Assembly (NCBI GenBank): GCA_029717555.1
Contig: JAMDHS010000063.1
Span: forward strand, 62,001 to 122,456
DNA length: 60,456 nucleotides
Origin: Peribolospora baueri
Lineage: Eukaryota
Direction: 5' to 3'
In this document: piece by piece, positions 59,161 to 60,456 of the stretch
How the letters are laid out: the number at the start of each line of letters is the position of its first letter
Position numbering within the stretch: the first letter of the stretch is position 1
The notes under the pieces: model-generated
The model's database searches: none
The model's input: the letters and a program-made list of their open reading frames with translations, nothing else
What the model was told of the DNA's origin: nothing
Program-made: the position numbers and the translations under genes

Positions 59161-59917
59161 CTTGGAGGCGAGCCGTCTCCCCCGCGATGAGGTCCGATGG
59201 AGGCGATGGACGATAAGCGGAGAAGGGGGAGATGTCTTCTGGAAGCGCGCGTGGACGTGATCAATGACCGTGGGAATCTCTTCACGTGCAGCGGGAGCTC
59301 TGTGAGATATGCCGGACGAGCTGCGACGAGGGATCCTGGAGGGGTCCACTAACCGGAAAAGGAAAGTAGACGTTCGGCGGTCATGTTCCAACTTATATTA
59401 TAGAGAATGATAAGGACAAGGGAAGGAGCGGACAATAAGAAGCGGACGAAAGGGCTGACGTAACACGCGCAAGTGTTGTACGGTAGGAAGCGAATCTACC
59501 CGTCCACTCTCTCATCTACCAGCCGTCGCTCTCGGGATGACGTGCGTACATGTCCGCGTCGCACCGCCGCGCCGAGAACGCGTCAGCTTGGACACATCGT
59601 TGCCCAACTCGGTCGGCCGGCGAGCTGACGTTCTCCTCTCTGCCGAAGACGACGTCGTGTCGTGGACTTTTGGTCGTCATGGTCGGCTCCACTGGATTCG
59701 TACACCCAGGCACGAGACGTCGTTGCCGAAGGACGGAGGAGACGACAGCTCAGTCCGCCGTGCCGAGGACGAGGGAGGATAAAACGCGAGCGACGGAGGC
59801 CGCCCATTCACAGCACACTTCTTTCCTCCCCTTGTCCTCATCATTCCAGCTTTTTAGCTTCCCACAGCTGCCTCGTCTCTCACTGCGCCGACGCATCTCA
59901 CATCGACGTTACCGAGC

Positions 59918-60409
59918 ATGTCGCACTTTCCTCACCGCTTCTACTCCCACATGCACTACTACCACCGCGGCCCACGGCGCTTCCTCTGGCTCCTGCTCGG
60001 CGTGGGTGTCGGCTACGTGTGGTCCGAGAAGAGGCACCGGCATCAGATTGAGCGCGGAGGGGAAGCCGGCGGCAATGGCCATGGCTGTGGAGCGGGGACG
60101 GGGACGGGAACGGGGTGCTGGAGGACAGAGTGGGACTGGAAGCTGCAGGGCAACAACAACAACAACGCCGCGGGGGCCCCTCCGATCCAACAACAACAAC
60201 GACCGGCCACCGCTCTCCCATCGTTCGCTCAGCCTGACGCTCTTGGCGAGGCACCCGGTCGACACGACAGCGTCGAGGCGGCGTGGGCCAGAGCGGGGGC
60301 CGAGGCTAGGGTGACGGCTGAGAGGGAGAGAGAGAGGTGGGAGAGGAGGGTGGACGAGGTGAGAAGGGAGTGGGAAGGTGCTAGGGGTAGGGTTGGTGAA
60401 CAGGTGAGA

Positions 60410-60449
<40 letters not shown>

Positions 60450-60456
60450 CTTTTCC
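59918..60456 (+). CDS. Hypothetical protein, 5' part only (first exon to about 60403, then an intron running off the edge)
   Basis: Open frame MSHFPHRFYSHMHYYHRGPRRFLWLLLGVGVGYVW...WERRVDEVRREWEGARGRVGEQ ending at a CAG|gtgaga donor. One short hydrophobic segment and a charged helical region. Confidence 0.6.
60415..60449 (+). repeat. Poly-T tract (about 35 nt) in an intron
   Basis: Directly visible homopolymer after the donor at about 60404. Confidence 0.9.

Overview
This is GC-rich, intron-rich fungal genomic DNA. GT-AG introns of about 50-330 nt with CTRAC-like branch points, and the protein sequences, point to a basidiomycete; the lineage cannot be fixed from sequence alone. About 22 spliced protein-coding genes can be reconstructed by hand. 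In order: DHA2-type MFS transporter (partial), PTRHD1-like peptidyl-tRNA hydrolase, NOB1, SEC18/NSF, ERV14, NUP42/AMO1, a hotdog-fold thioesterase, an unknown secreted protein, TSR2, MGE1, MSS1/TrmE, NADPH oxidase NoxB, a candidate membrane microprotein, a cupin, a YVC1-like TRP channel, a GPI-anchored Ser/Thr protein, a homeodomain transcription factor, YBP1/glomulin-like, an X325/Bim1 histidine-brace copper protein, a NIS1-like secreted effector, an M28 leucine aminopeptidase, BUR6/NC2-alpha and a partial unknown gene. I found no transposon, tRNA, rRNA or CRISPR array, and most ORFs in the six-frame track are GC-rich shadow frames. I see no clear-cut new multi-gene system. The best leads are the X325 protein with His at the usual Asp copper-ligand position, the NIS1-like effector with a Kex2-site C-terminal extension, a stop-free in-frame intron inside the homeodomain recognition helix, a decayed calmodulin relic, and a NoxB-microprotein-cupin-TRP channel neighbourhood. 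All family calls come from recalled motifs, not database searches.
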